Shown: positions 17,775 to 27,024, numbered from the stretch's first letter. The stretch: 38,841 nt of DNA from Chryseobacterium gleum (GCA_943326315.2 CALPSU020000001.1:1-38841), one strand, 5' to 3'. Notes: generated from the sequence alone by a model not told the origin. Numbers and translations: made by a program.

Positions 17775-18971
17775 ATGCAAGGGAAACGCATTCTTCTAGG
17801 TATTACAGGAGGAATAGCAGCTTATAAAATTGCATCCTTAATAAGATTATTAATAAAATCAGGGGCAGAAGTCAAATGTATTTTGACTCCTGCCTCTTGT
17901 GATTTTATAAGTCCACTAACTGTAGCTACTTTATCTAAAAACCCTGTAGGCATAGAATTTTGGGATAAGAGCGATGGTTCTTGGACAAACCATGTAGAAT
18001 ATGGATTATGGGCAGATGTTTTTTTAATTGCTCCACTAACTGCCAATACACTTCATAAATTGGCGACTGGAGGTTGTGACAACTTACTTTTAGCGACATA
18101 TCTTTCAATGAAATGTCCTGTTATAGTTGCGCCAGCAATGGATTTAGATATGTATATTCACCCTTCGACTACACGAAATTTAGAGCTTCTACGTTTGGAT
18201 GGAGTTAAAATTATTCCTGCTGAATCTGGAGAATTAGCAAGTGGTTTGATTGGTCAAGGAAGAATGGCAGAACCTGAAAATTTATTTACTTTTTTAGAAT
18301 CGTTTTTCTCAAAATCTAATGTTTTTGCAGGAAAAAAGTTTTTAATAACAGCCGGCCCAACATACGAATCAATTGATCCAGTTCGTTTTATTGGGAATCA
18401 TTCCTCAGGTAAAATGGGGTACGCATTAGCTTCAAACATTCTTGAAAAAGGAGGGGAAGTACTTCTGATCTCAGGTCCAACAAAATTAGATATTAAACAT
18501 GAAAACCTTACCTTGATAAAGGTACAGTCTGCACAAAATATGTTAGATGCAGTTCAATTAAATTGGTCAAAATCAGATGTTGGAATCTTTTCAGCTGCGG
18601 TTGCGGATTACAGACCTTCAACAATTGCGAATCAGAAAATAAAAAAGGGTGAAGACAGTTTAACAATTGAATTGATTAAAAATCCAGATATTTTGGATTG
18701 GGCAGGATCTACTAAATCAGAGGATCAATGTCTTATTGGATTTGCATTAGAAACAAACGATGGTAAACAATACGCTGAAGATAAGTTGCGTCGAAAGAAT
18801 TTGAATTTCATTGTATTGAACTCATTAGAAGATCATGGCGCAGGGTTTGGTCACGATACAAATAAAATTTCAATTTTAGATAATCACAATAATTTCACTA
18901 GCTTTGAGTTAAAGACTAAAGTGGATGTTGCAGATGACATCGTTAAGTATTTTCAAACCTATTTGAAATGA
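17775..18971 (+). CDS. coaBC: Bifunctional phosphopantothenoylcysteine decarboxylase / phosphopantothenate-cysteine ligase
   Basis: 398 aa with an N-terminal flavoprotein domain (ILLGITGGIAAYK) and a C-terminal DFP ligase domain (FITAGPTYESIDPVRFIGNHSSGKMG). Confidence 0.93.
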   Translation: MQGKRILLGITGGIAAYKIASLIRLLIKSGAEVKCILTPASCDFISPLTVATLSKNPVGIEFWDKSDGSWTNHVEYGLWADVFLIAPLTANTLHKLATGGCDNLLLATYLSMKCPVIVAPAMDLDMYIHPSTTRNLELLRLDGVKIIPAESGELASGLIGQGRMAEPENLFTFLESFFSKSNVFAGKKFLITAGPTYESIDPVRFIGNHSSGKMGYALASNILEKGGEVLLISGPTKLDIKHENLTLIKVQSAQNMLDAVQLNWSKSDVGIFSAAVADYRPSTIANQKIKKGEDSLTIELIKNPDILDWAGSTKSEDQCLIGFALETNDGKQYAEDKLRRKNLNFIVLNSLEDHGAGFGHDTNKISILDNHNNFTSFELKTKVDVADDIVKYFQTYLK

Positions 18972-19888
18972 ATTTTTTAAAAATTATTTTTTGTTTATTT
19001 TTTGTTGGATTAAATGTCAACACTTCTTTTTCTCAAGAATTTAATTGTCAAGTATCTTATATTTTGGAAGCAAAAGTAGAAGCTTCAACAGCGGATAAAG
19101 CTTTATTAGAGCAATTAAAAACAGCAATGTATGAGTTTATGAATAACCAGCAATGGACAAATGATAAATTCAAAACAGAAGAAAGGATTAATTGTCAAAT
19201 ACAATTTCAAATAACAGCGATTCCTTCATTCGGACAATTTAATGGATCCATGCAAATTCAGTCTACAAGGCCAGCGTTGAATTCATCCTATAACACAACT
19301 TTATTTAATTTTGACGATACTGAAATACAAGTTAATTATACAGGAGGAACTGCATTAATATTACCTAAAAATGGATATAGAGATAACTTAAGTTCTTTAC
19401 TTGCGTTTTATGGATATTTTATTTTAGGAATGGATTATGATTCATTTTCACTAAAAGGCGGAACTCCATATTTTACACAGGCGCAACAAATTGTTTCAAA
19501 TGCGCAGCTTTCAGGGGGCGCTGGATGGCAATCAAATGAATCTGGGAAAGGAAAAAGAAATAGGTATTGGTTAGTTGATAATATCCTACATCAATTGTTT
19601 GAGCCTTTGAGAGAATGTAATTACGAATATCATAGAAAAGGAATAGATGTATTAAATGAAGATAAGGCAAAAGGAAGAAAAGCGATTTCAGCTGCTATAT
19701 TAAAATTAGATAAAATATCTTCAACTAGACCAAATTCAATCAATGTTTTGAATTTTTGTCAAGCAAAAGTTACCGAATTAAAGAATTTATATATCGATGC
19801 TGATCCAAAGGAAAAAACAGAAATTGTGAATCTTTTAAAGAAAATAGATCCGGCAAATTCATCTAAATACGAACAAATCTTAAATTAA
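18968..19888 (+). CDS. DUF4835-family exported protein
   Basis: 306 aa with a signal peptide and motifs WTNDKF..EERINC, RPALNSSYNT, LAFYGYFILGMDYDSF and NRYWL typical of the family found between coaBC and recN in Flavobacteriia. ATGA overlap with coaBC. Confidence 0.7.
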   Translation: MNFLKIIFCLFFVGLNVNTSFSQEFNCQVSYILEAKVEASTADKALLEQLKTAMYEFMNNQQWTNDKFKTEERINCQIQFQITAIPSFGQFNGSMQIQSTRPALNSSYNTTLFNFDDTEIQVNYTGGTALILPKNGYRDNLSSLLAFYGYFILGMDYDSFSLKGGTPYFTQAQQIVSNAQLSGGAGWQSNESGKGKRNRYWLVDNILHQLFEPLRECNYEYHRKGIDVLNEDKAKGRKAISAAILKLDKISSTRPNSINVLNFCQAKVTELKNLYIDADPKEKTEIVNLLKKIDPANSSKYEQILN

Positions 19889-21537
19889 TGCTTTCTACTT
19901 TACGTATTCAAAACTTTGCATTGATTGACTTTGTAGAGTTAGATTTTAAAAAAGGTTACACTACTCTTACAGGAGAAACAGGTTCGGGGAAATCGATTCT
20001 CTTAGGTGCCTTAAATTTAATTTTAGGTGAAAGAGCAGATTTTTCAGTTATTGGTCCTGCGACAGATAAAGCTATAGTTGAAGCTGAATTTGAATTAGCA
20101 AATTTTCATTTGGAATCTTTTTTTCAATCCAACGATATCGATAGTTTAAACCCGACAATTATTCGTAGAGAAATCAATAGTCAAGGTCGTTCAAGAGCTT
20201 TTATTAACGATACTCCAGTTCAATTAGTAGTTTTAAAAGAGTTGACAGAACAATTGGTTCATATTCATTCTCAACATAATACATTAGAACTTAGAAAAGC
20301 AGATTTTCAAATTGAATTATTAGATACTTTGTCTGGCTTGGATGAGTTACGGCAAGAATATAATCTGAAATTTAAAAATTGGAATTCAGAGCGAAAAATT
20401 TTGATTCAATTAAAAGATAAACTAGCAGTTTCTTTGCAACAGACTGATTATAATCGTTTTCAATTAGAAGAGTTAGAAGAATTACATTTAGAAAAACATA
20501 ATTATCAGGATTTAGAATTAGAGTTAACTCGAAACGAAAATGTCGATAATTTAAAATTAACTTTAAGTTCGATTGTTTCAGCAATTGAAAGTGAAGATGG
20601 AGCTTCTGGAACCTTAAGGAAATTAAAATCTATACTAGAAAAATCAAAAGGAGTTGATGCGACTGTAGATGAATTAGCTCAACGAATTCAGTCTTCTTTA
20701 ATTGAATTACAAGACATTTCAGGTGAAGCAGAAAATTATTTAGATAAAATTGAAATAAATCCTGAAAGATTAAACGAATTAACGCTTTTGATTGATCATT
20801 ATAATAGAGTTCTTAGAAAACATAATTTTTCAAACCAAGATCAACTTATTGTTTTAAAAGAGAATTTATCTTTGGGTTTAGATGATACTAGTGAGCTTCA
20901 AGAATTGATAGAATCGAAAACTAAAGAATTAGAAATACTAAAGTCTAGTTCAATTCTTTTGGCAAATACTCTTCACGAAAAACGAATTTCAGAGGCTAAA
21001 TCATCAGAGAAAGCTGTGAAAGAGCTTTTGTCCGATTTGAAAATGCCAGATACGCAATTTCTTTTCGATTTTTTAAAGCGCGATGAATTAAATAACCACG
21101 GTTGCACAGATGTGAAAATGTTATTCTCACCTAATAAAGGTATGGTTCCTGTTAGTATTGAAAAAGCTGCAAGCGGAGGAGAATTGTCGCGATTGATGCT
21201 TGCATTGCAGAATTTAGTATCTTCTAAAAAGCAATTACCGACAATTATTTTTGACGAAATAGATACTGGAGTTTCAGGAGATGTTGCTCAAAAAATAGGT
21301 GTTTTATTGAAAAGAATGGGAGCAAATTTACAACTTATTGCAATTACACATTTACCACAAGTAGCAGGTAAAGCGGATTATCATTTTAAAGTTGAGAAAT
21401 CCCATAAAGAGAATAGAACCTTAACCAGTGTTAGTATTTTAAATGAGACTGAAAGAGTAGAAGAGATAGCTAGATTAATGAGTGGTGAAGAAATTAACGA
21501 AGCGGCACTTTTAAATGCCAAGGCTTTGATGTCTTGA
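19888..21537 (+). CDS. recN: DNA repair protein RecN
   Basis: 549 aa with N-terminal Walker A (GETGSGKS), a long coiled-coil middle, and a C-terminal ASGGELSR signature followed by IFDEIDTG. Confidence 0.93.
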   Translation: MLSTLRIQNFALIDFVELDFKKGYTTLTGETGSGKSILLGALNLILGERADFSVIGPATDKAIVEAEFELANFHLESFFQSNDIDSLNPTIIRREINSQGRSRAFINDTPVQLVVLKELTEQLVHIHSQHNTLELRKADFQIELLDTLSGLDELRQEYNLKFKNWNSERKILIQLKDKLAVSLQQTDYNRFQLEELEELHLEKHNYQDLELELTRNENVDNLKLTLSSIVSAIESEDGASGTLRKLKSILEKSKGVDATVDELAQRIQSSLIELQDISGEAENYLDKIEINPERLNELTLLIDHYNRVLRKHNFSNQDQLIVLKENLSLGLDDTSELQELIESKTKELEILKSSSILLANTLHEKRISEAKSSEKAVKELLSDLKMPDTQFLFDFLKRDELNNHGCTDVKMLFSPNKGMVPVSIEKAASGGELSRLMLALQNLVSSKKQLPTIIFDEIDTGVSGDVAQKIGVLLKRMGANLQLIAITHLPQVAGKADYHFKVEKSHKENRTLTSVSILNETERVEEIARLMSGEEINEAALLNAKALMS

Positions 21538-21552
21538 TTTTTAATTGTTAGT

Positions 21553-21681
21553 TTAGAAAATTAATTTAATTAAATAAGATATTTTATCAAAAAAAGAAAC
21601 AGCTAATACCATTAATAATATAAGCACTAACAATACTCTTTTTCTTCGTTTTAGCCTTGTATTTACATATTCATTTTCCAT
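21553..21681 (-). CDS. Possible 42-aa single-pass membrane micro-protein
   Basis: Hand translation of the minus strand gives MENEYVNTRLKRRKRVLLVLILLMVLAVSFFDKISYLIKLIF then TAA. It has a basic patch followed by a hydrophobic helix. A TAnnTTTG box sits 47 nt upstream. It is not in the ORF track because of its size. Confidence 0.35.
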   Translation of the reverse strand: MENEYVNTRLKRRKRVLLVLILLMVLAVSFFDKISYLIKLIF

Positions 21682-21728
21682 AATGAGTGATGTTTTTAAA
21701 CTTGAGAAGACAAATGTCTATTCAAGCC

Positions 21729-21736
21729 CAAAATTA
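21729..21736 (-). promoter_or_regulatory. -7 box TAATTTTG upstream of the 42-codon ORF
   Basis: Exact TAnnTTTG match on the minus strand (plus-strand CAAAATTA). Confidence 0.3.
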
Positions 21737-21792
21737 ATTATTGCTCTCCTAAAAGTCAATATTATCCCTATAACTTTATAGATAAAAAATGT

Positions 21793-21800
21793 TAAATTTG
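21793..21800 (+). promoter_or_regulatory. -7 box TAAATTTG for the GSCFA gene
   Basis: Exact TAnnTTTG match, 34 nt upstream of the ATG at 21835. Confidence 0.45.
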
Positions 21801-21834
21801 GCACTTTACTTTAATTATTTAGTTTTTTGCTAAT

Positions 21835-22773
21835 ATGAATTTTAAACTCAATTTTGAAATACAACCTTCTGATTTTAGTATTCGGCATGGAGATGGAATT
21901 ATCTTTTTAGGGAGTTGTTTTTCAGATGAAATTGCTTTAAAAGCCAAGAATAGTGGGATGAAAGTTGCTTCAAATCCTTTTGGTACTGTTTTTCATCCAA
22001 CATTATTAAGCAGATTTATTAGAGAATCTATAGTAGGGGTTGAGCAGGAGAGAGTTTTTTTAAGAAATGATATTTATTTATCTTGGGATGCCAACAGTAC
22101 CGTATTTAATTTTTCGAAAGAAGAATTGAATGTAAAATTAAAAGCATTACGAAATGATTTTGTTTCAAACTTAAAAATTTCTAAAGTTGTTTACATCACT
22201 TTTGGAACAGCTTGGGGGTATAGATTAATAGAAAATGATCAATTAGTAGCCAATTGTCATAAGCTACCAAGTGTAAAATTTGAAAAAGAGTTATCCGAAA
22301 TTAATGTTTTATATAGCGAGTGGATTCAAACTATTCAATTAATTAAATCTGTAAATCCTACAATCGAAATTGTGTTTACAGTTAGCCCTGTTCGTCATAT
22401 TCGGGATGGTTTAATTGAAAATAATCAAAGTAAAGCTATACTGATTGAACTTGTAAGAATGTTAACCTTAGATTTTGAGAATCATTATTTTCCGTCTTAT
22501 GAGATTGTAATAGATGAATTGAGAGATTATCGCTTCTATAAATTAGATCGGATTCATCCATCTGAAGAGGCTATTGAATATGTATGGAAAAGCTTTGAAA
22601 AAATGTATTTCGATGAAAAAACAATTTTATTAAATCAAAAAGTTTCAAATTTTAGAAAATCTTTATCTCATAGAAGTATTCACAATGGATCTAAAGAAGA
22701 TATCAACCATAAAAGAAATATTCAAAAGCAATTAAATGAATTTTTAGAACAAAATACAGAAATTATTTTTTGA
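21835..22773 (+). CDS. GSCFA domain protein
   Basis: 312 aa with an N-terminal FLGSCFSDEI (GSCFA-type) motif and a ...VSPVRHIRDG... core typical of the family. Confidence 0.7.
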   Translation: MNFKLNFEIQPSDFSIRHGDGIIFLGSCFSDEIALKAKNSGMKVASNPFGTVFHPTLLSRFIRESIVGVEQERVFLRNDIYLSWDANSTVFNFSKEELNVKLKALRNDFVSNLKISKVVYITFGTAWGYRLIENDQLVANCHKLPSVKFEKELSEINVLYSEWIQTIQLIKSVNPTIEIVFTVSPVRHIRDGLIENNQSKAILIELVRMLTLDFENHYFPSYEIVIDELRDYRFYKLDRIHPSEEAIEYVWKSFEKMYFDEKTILLNQKVSNFRKSLSHRSIHNGSKEDINHKRNIQKQLNEFLEQNTEIIF

Positions 22774-23862
22774 TTACATTCTTAATATTATCCCTTTGTA
22801 TATTGAGTTTTCACCTGGTTCTGGATTGTAAATAGTAACTTTCCATAAACAGTTTTCGCCTTGAGGCACCATATTACCTGTTCTTATATCGATACCATCC
22901 CAAGGTTGATTAGCATCATTGGTTTGGTATATTATCCCACCATTTTTAGCGTCTAAAATCACCATCGTGAATTGGGTATTTCTTTCGGTTAATGCGAATG
23001 GTATAAAAGTATTGATTTTAGAATTATTTTCATTTGGGCTAAATGCATCAACTGCTAGTAAATTATAATCGCTATTTATTGTAATGTTTTTTGTTTCAGT
23101 AGAACTTTGCCCACTTTGATTAGTAGTCGTTAATGAGATTGAATAAGTTCCTTTTTTGAAGTAATGCAATTCAACTTCTTTCGATTTTTGCTGAATTACT
23201 TTATTATTGGAAGTCCATTCATAGTTTACAGCTGTATTGCTCGATTTAACTTTAATAGAAGGTAATCCTTTTTCATAATAGATTTCATTTTCAATATCGA
23301 AATCAGTCTTAATATTCGATTCATTTTTGTTTTCATTGTTTGAAGGAGAAATAATATCCGTATTTTTTTCTTGAGGTTGAATATTTTTCGAGTCACTAGT
23401 ATTTATTTTCTCTTTATAAATAAGATTAATGTTTGAATTTTCTTTTTTATCAATCGAATTGATCACAATTGCATTTGGATTTTTTGAATCATTTGTTTTT
23501 TCAATCGCGCTATTGTTTTTGACACTAGTATTAATTAATTCAGTTGATTTTTGAGATACATTTTTACCATTATCGTTTTTCTGATCATTCGTATTTGTTT
23601 GTTTGATTCTCTTAGGTAATTCGGAAGTGTTTTTTGAAATCACTTTTTGATTAGTAGAATTCGAAGTTTTGAAAACGTATATTCCAGAAATGGTAGTTGC
23701 TATTATTAGCATAGAAGTTAACCACCACTTTGTGTTTGATTTTCTCGAAGTTGGCATTTTTTTATCCAATTCTTTGCTTAAGGAAGTCCAAGCATTTGCA
23801 TCATACGAAAATTCGTGATTTGCAAATTTGTCTTGAATATTTTTATCAAAGTTTGTTTTCAT
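22774..23862 (-). CDS. Single-pass membrane protein co-transcribed with the ECF sigma factor (putative anti-sigma/sensor); N/S/K-rich linker, PKD-like domain, T9SS type-B (CHU_C)-like C-terminal domain
   Basis: 362 aa, starting 5 nt after the sigma stop. It has a 45-aa cytoplasmic head, a TM segment (WWLTSMLIIATTISGIYVF) and a low-complexity linker. A PKD-like segment (YEWTSNN...GTYSISLTTTNQSG) precedes a tail, AFSPNENNSKINTFIPF...WDGIDIRTGNMVPQGENCLWKVTIY...YKGIILRM, that resembles the gliding-motility C-terminal domain. Confidence 0.55.
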   Translation of the reverse strand: MKTNFDKNIQDKFANHEFSYDANAWTSLSKELDKKMPTSRKSNTKWWLTSMLIIATTISGIYVFKTSNSTNQKVISKNTSELPKRIKQTNTNDQKNDNGKNVSQKSTELINTSVKNNSAIEKTNDSKNPNAIVINSIDKKENSNINLIYKEKINTSDSKNIQPQEKNTDIISPSNNENKNESNIKTDFDIENEIYYEKGLPSIKVKSSNTAVNYEWTSNNKVIQQKSKEVELHYFKKGTYSISLTTTNQSGQSSTETKNITINSDYNLLAVDAFSPNENNSKINTFIPFALTERNTQFTMVILDAKNGGIIYQTNDANQPWDGIDIRTGNMVPQGENCLWKVTIYNPEPGENSIYKGIILRM

Positions 23863-23867
23863 TCTAT

Positions 23868-24518
23868 TTACAATAGATTAACTAATTTATTTTCAATTAA
23901 TTTTTGAATATTAACTTTTGCTTTTGATAGATTAGATTTTGAAGTACCTTCACTTATCCCTAATATTTCAGCGATTTCTTTATGGGAGTAATTTTCAATT
24001 ACAAACATATTGAAAACAGTTCTGTATGCTGGAGATAATTGTTGAATTGCTGCCATTATCACCTCTGTTTTTACCTCTGATAATTGGATATTTTCCAATT
24101 CTTCCATTGGGTCTGTGCTACCTAACTTAAAGTCATTGTCATTATCTGTTAAAAAAGGATCTTTTTTAGATTTTCGAATATAGTCTATAGCTGTGTTTAC
24201 AACTATTCGTCTTAGCCAACCTTCAAAAGAACCTGAATTATCAAATAAATTTAATTTTTCAAAAACTTTGATAAAACTATCTTGAACAATTTCTTGTGCG
24301 GTATCTCTGTCGTGTGTGTAACGCATTGAAATACTTAGCATTTTACCATAAAAAAGTTTAAATAATTGTTCTTGTGACTTTCTATCATTTCGTAAACAGC
24401 CAGTTATAAACCCTTTTATTTTGTCTTTGTCTTCCACAATTCTATCAGTTGTATGACGTGTTGCTTTTGATATGGTTGCCTTTTCTCCTTCTTTAATGAG
24501 AAATACTTTATTTTCCAT
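23868..24518 (-). CDS. ECF-type RNA polymerase sigma-70 family factor
   Basis: Region 2 (FKLFYGKMLSISMRYTHDRDTAQEIVQDSFIKVF) and region 4.2 HTH (YSHKEIAEILGISEGTSKSNLSKAK) are present. The start is uncertain: ATG at 24530, ATG at 24518, or GTG at 24437 which would give a canonical-length protein. Confidence 0.85.
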   Translation of the reverse strand: MENKVFLIKEGEKATISKATRHTTDRIVEDKDKIKGFITGCLRNDRKSQEQLFKLFYGKMLSISMRYTHDRDTAQEIVQDSFIKVFEKLNLFDNSGSFEGWLRRIVVNTAIDYIRKSKKDPFLTDNDNDFKLGSTDPMEELENIQLSEVKTEVIMAAIQQLSPAYRTVFNMFVIENYSHKEIAEILGISEGTSKSNLSKAKVNIQKLIENKLVNLL

Positions 24519-24550
24519 ACAAAATAACACATTTTTATTTTCAAATTGTT

Positions 24551-24558
24551 TACTTTTG
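24551..24558 (+). promoter_or_regulatory. -7 box TACTTTTG for mdh
   Basis: Exact TAnnTTTG match, 42 nt upstream of the ATG at 24601. Confidence 0.45.
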
Positions 24559-24600
24559 ACGCAGATTATATTTTATTTAGATATTCAAAATAACAAAGAA

Positions 24601-25542
24601 ATGAAAGTAACCGTTGTAGGAGCTGGAAACGTAGGAGCAACTTGTGCTGACGTATTAGCAAAAAGAGAAATTGCAAACGAAATCGTTTTGCTTGATATTA
24701 AGGAAGGTTTTGCTGAAGGTAAAGCTTTAGATATTTGGCAGACATCACCAATAAATCTTTATGATTCAAGAACTATTGGATCTACGAATGATTATTCAAA
24801 AACAGCTGATTCAGATGTTGTTGTTATTACTTCAGGTTTACCGCGTAAACCAGGAATGTCTCGTGATGATTTGATCGCTACTAATGCAGGTATCGTTAAG
24901 TCTGTTACAGAAAATATTGTTAAATATTCTCCAAATGCAAAAATAATTATCGTTTCTAATCCTTTGGATGTAATGACTTATTGTGCATTTTTAGCAGCTA
25001 AAATAAACCCTAATCATATTTTTGGTATGGCTGGTGTTTTAGATACAGCTCGTTACCGTGCTTTTCTTGCAGAAGAATTAAATATTTCTCCTAAAGATAT
25101 TCAAGCAGTTTTGATGGGTGGTCATGGAGATACTATGGTTCCACTTCCTCGTTATACTACTGTTGGTGGTATTCCAGTTACTGAATTAATTTCTACTGAA
25201 AAATTAGATGAAATTATCGAACGTACTAAATTTGGAGGCGGTGAAATCGTTAAATTATTAGGAACATCGGCTTGGTATGCTCCAGGTGCAGCAGCAGCTC
25301 AAATGGTTGAAGCTATTGTTCGTGATCAAAAACGTATTTTCCCAGTTTGTGCTTGGTTAACAGGTGAATATGGTTTGAAAGATATTTACTTAGGGGTTCC
25401 TGTAGTTTTAGGTAAAAATGGAATCGAAAGAATCATAGAATTAGACTTGAATGCAGATGAGAAAGCATTATTAGCTGAATCAGCAATTGCAGTAAAAGAT
25501 GTAATGAATGTTTTAGATGAAATGAATGCTCAAAACGCATAA
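24601..25542 (+). CDS. mdh: Malate dehydrogenase (LDH-like type)
   Basis: MKVTVVGAGNVGATCA Rossmann start, plus GLPRKPGMSRDDL and GGHGDTMVP motifs. The track ORF begins at 24472, but that extension overlaps the divergent sigma gene and has no homology-like features. Confidence 0.93.
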   Translation: MKVTVVGAGNVGATCADVLAKREIANEIVLLDIKEGFAEGKALDIWQTSPINLYDSRTIGSTNDYSKTADSDVVVITSGLPRKPGMSRDDLIATNAGIVKSVTENIVKYSPNAKIIIVSNPLDVMTYCAFLAAKINPNHIFGMAGVLDTARYRAFLAEELNISPKDIQAVLMGGHGDTMVPLPRYTTVGGIPVTELISTEKLDEIIERTKFGGGEIVKLLGTSAWYAPGAAAAQMVEAIVRDQKRIFPVCAWLTGEYGLKDIYLGVPVVLGKNGIERIIELDLNADEKALLAESAIAVKDVMNVLDEMNAQNA

Positions 25543-25562
25543 TTCACATAATTGATTTAATG

Positions 25563-25589
25563 AAAAGGGAGCTTCGGTTCCCTTTTTTT
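25563..25589. terminator. Intrinsic terminator between convergent mdh and the beta-helix gene (A-tract/stem/T-tract, potentially bidirectional)
   Basis: GGGAGC-TTCG-GTTCCC hairpin at 25567-25582 with one G-U pair. It is flanked by AAAA (25563-66) and T7 (25583-89). Confidence 0.7.
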
Positions 25590-25614
25590 ATGAACCAAAC
25601 TGAAGTGTTTAAAT

Positions 25615-27024
25615 TCAATATGCCCCAATATTTGGAGGGCTAACAGTTATTCCTTCAATTGTTAATCCTGATAGAGTAGGATAGAGTATGTCGGCAGAAC
25701 CATTTAAGGGGGATGAATTTGTAAAAGTATATTTGTTGTTGGTAATATTGTTAAAAAGCGGGTCTATATTCCATAAATTCCCATTTGTATAATATGAATC
25801 TGTTCCGACTATTTCTTTTTTAATTAAACATCTTTGAATGTCGAAATTTAATGTAACTCCAGGTGTATTTCCAATTGTGTCAAAAGCAATTTCTGAAGTT
25901 TGATTCCCGTATATTACTGAATTCCGAATTATTCCTTGATGTATTGATCCGACATGCATTTGATTGTCAATTATAAAGTGATTTGTTATCCCAACAGCTT
26001 GATTTTTAGAACTTGAATTGTATCCTAAAATGTTGCAATGGTTGATGTTAAAATCCCCACTAAGAAGGACCAATAATCCAAAACCTCCATTTTTACTAAT
26101 GACACAATTGTCAGCGTAAACACTTGCTCCAGAATATATTAAGACGCCATTATTTGTGTTGTTGAATATTTTAGTATTCGTAAGTCTTAATGTATATTGA
26201 TTTGTATTAGAAGTATTGTTTTCAAAAAGATGAATACCCGTAGTTCCATTTTTTATTATAGCATAATTAATAGAAGAAGGAAGTGCATGATCTAAGTATA
26301 TTCCATAAAATTGACCAGAAACATCTTCATAATCTGATTCTAATCGATCTCCTTGAAATATTACTTCATTGTTAAGTGCACCGTTTACATTTAAAGTTCC
26401 TTTATAGTTGTATAATAAAGCGTTTTTATGAAAATACACTTTTGTTCCAGCTTGAATGGATAAAGTTTTGCCTTCATCGATAAAAGCTGCGCCATAAATT
26501 AAGTGAGGCTTGTCGTTTGGCCAAATCCCCTCGTTTAGGTCAAGTAATTGGTTCCCTTCCGTTAAACGTGAATAGTGATAATACATATCTTGCCCCCAGA
26601 CTCTTAATTGAAGATATTGATCTTTACCATTTGTTCTAAATCGAATAGAATCTTTTATGACCATTGGATTAGTTTGGTTATTCACTTTTAATGTCACTTC
26701 TACAAAAGCAAATAAACTATCTTTCCCTTCTAATTTGACTGATGAAAAGAGTTTTCCAGGAATTCCGTCAATATTTATTCTAAAAGGTGAATCAGTTCCT
26801 CCCATTAATTCAATTTGATCTATGGTTACTGTCTTACTATCTTCATTATAAATTTTAAAGAGCTGAGTAGTCGAACCAATTGTCGTAAATACAGTATCAA
26901 ATACTAGGGTGTCAATAGAAAACGTTAAGTTTCCTTTTGAAAAACCTTTAATTTTTTTACAGCTAGAATTCAATATTAAAATAGAAATTAAGGCTATGAA
27001 AATTATATAGATATTTTTTTTCAC
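25615..27024 (-). CDS. Lipoprotein with right-handed parallel beta-helix repeats
   Basis: 469 aa with the lipobox signal MKKNIYIIFIALISILILNSSC. Repetitive ...N.I..N...GI.. segments (NNTNNGVLIYSGASVYADNCVISKNGGFGLLV...NHCNILG) are typical of pectin-lyase-fold proteins. Confidence 0.6.
   Translation of the reverse strand: MKKNIYIIFIALISILILNSSCKKIKGFSKGNLTFSIDTLVFDTVFTTIGSTTQLFKIYNEDSKTVTIDQIELMGGTDSPFRINIDGIPGKLFSSVKLEGKDSLFAFVEVTLKVNNQTNPMVIKDSIRFRTNGKDQYLQLRVWGQDMYYHYSRLTEGNQLLDLNEGIWPNDKPHLIYGAAFIDEGKTLSIQAGTKVYFHKNALLYNYKGTLNVNGALNNEVIFQGDRLESDYEDVSGQFYGIYLDHALPSSINYAIIKNGTTGIHLFENNTSNTNQYTLRLTNTKIFNNTNNGVLIYSGASVYADNCVISKNGGFGLLVLLSGDFNINHCNILGYNSSSKNQAVGITNHFIIDNQMHVGSIHQGIIRNSVIYGNQTSEIAFDTIGNTPGVTLNFDIQRCLIKKEIVGTDSYYTNGNLWNIDPLFNNITNNKYTFTNSSPLNGSADILYPTLSGLTIEGITVSPPNIGAY

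Noticed and set aside
22771-22776. Zero-nucleotide spacing between the convergent GSCFA (stop 22773) and anti-sigma-like (stop 22774) genes, considered as a possible frameshifted or fused gene.
   Set aside because: The two ORFs are on opposite strands and each has an intact stop. This is simply tight convergent packing without a terminator.
23050-23680. A-rich, repetitive-looking DNA inside the anti-sigma-like gene, considered as a possible tandem repeat or CRISPR-like array.
   Set aside because: There are no regularly spaced identical repeats. The pattern reflects an Asn/Ser/Lys-rich low-complexity linker (AAT/AAA/TCA codons) within a continuous ORF.
24472-24600. 43-codon N-terminal extension of the mdh ORF given in the track.
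   Set aside because: The extension overlaps the divergent ECF sigma gene and the mdh -7 box. The Rossmann motif begins immediately at the ATG at 24601 (MKVTVVGAGNVG), as in other malate dehydrogenases.
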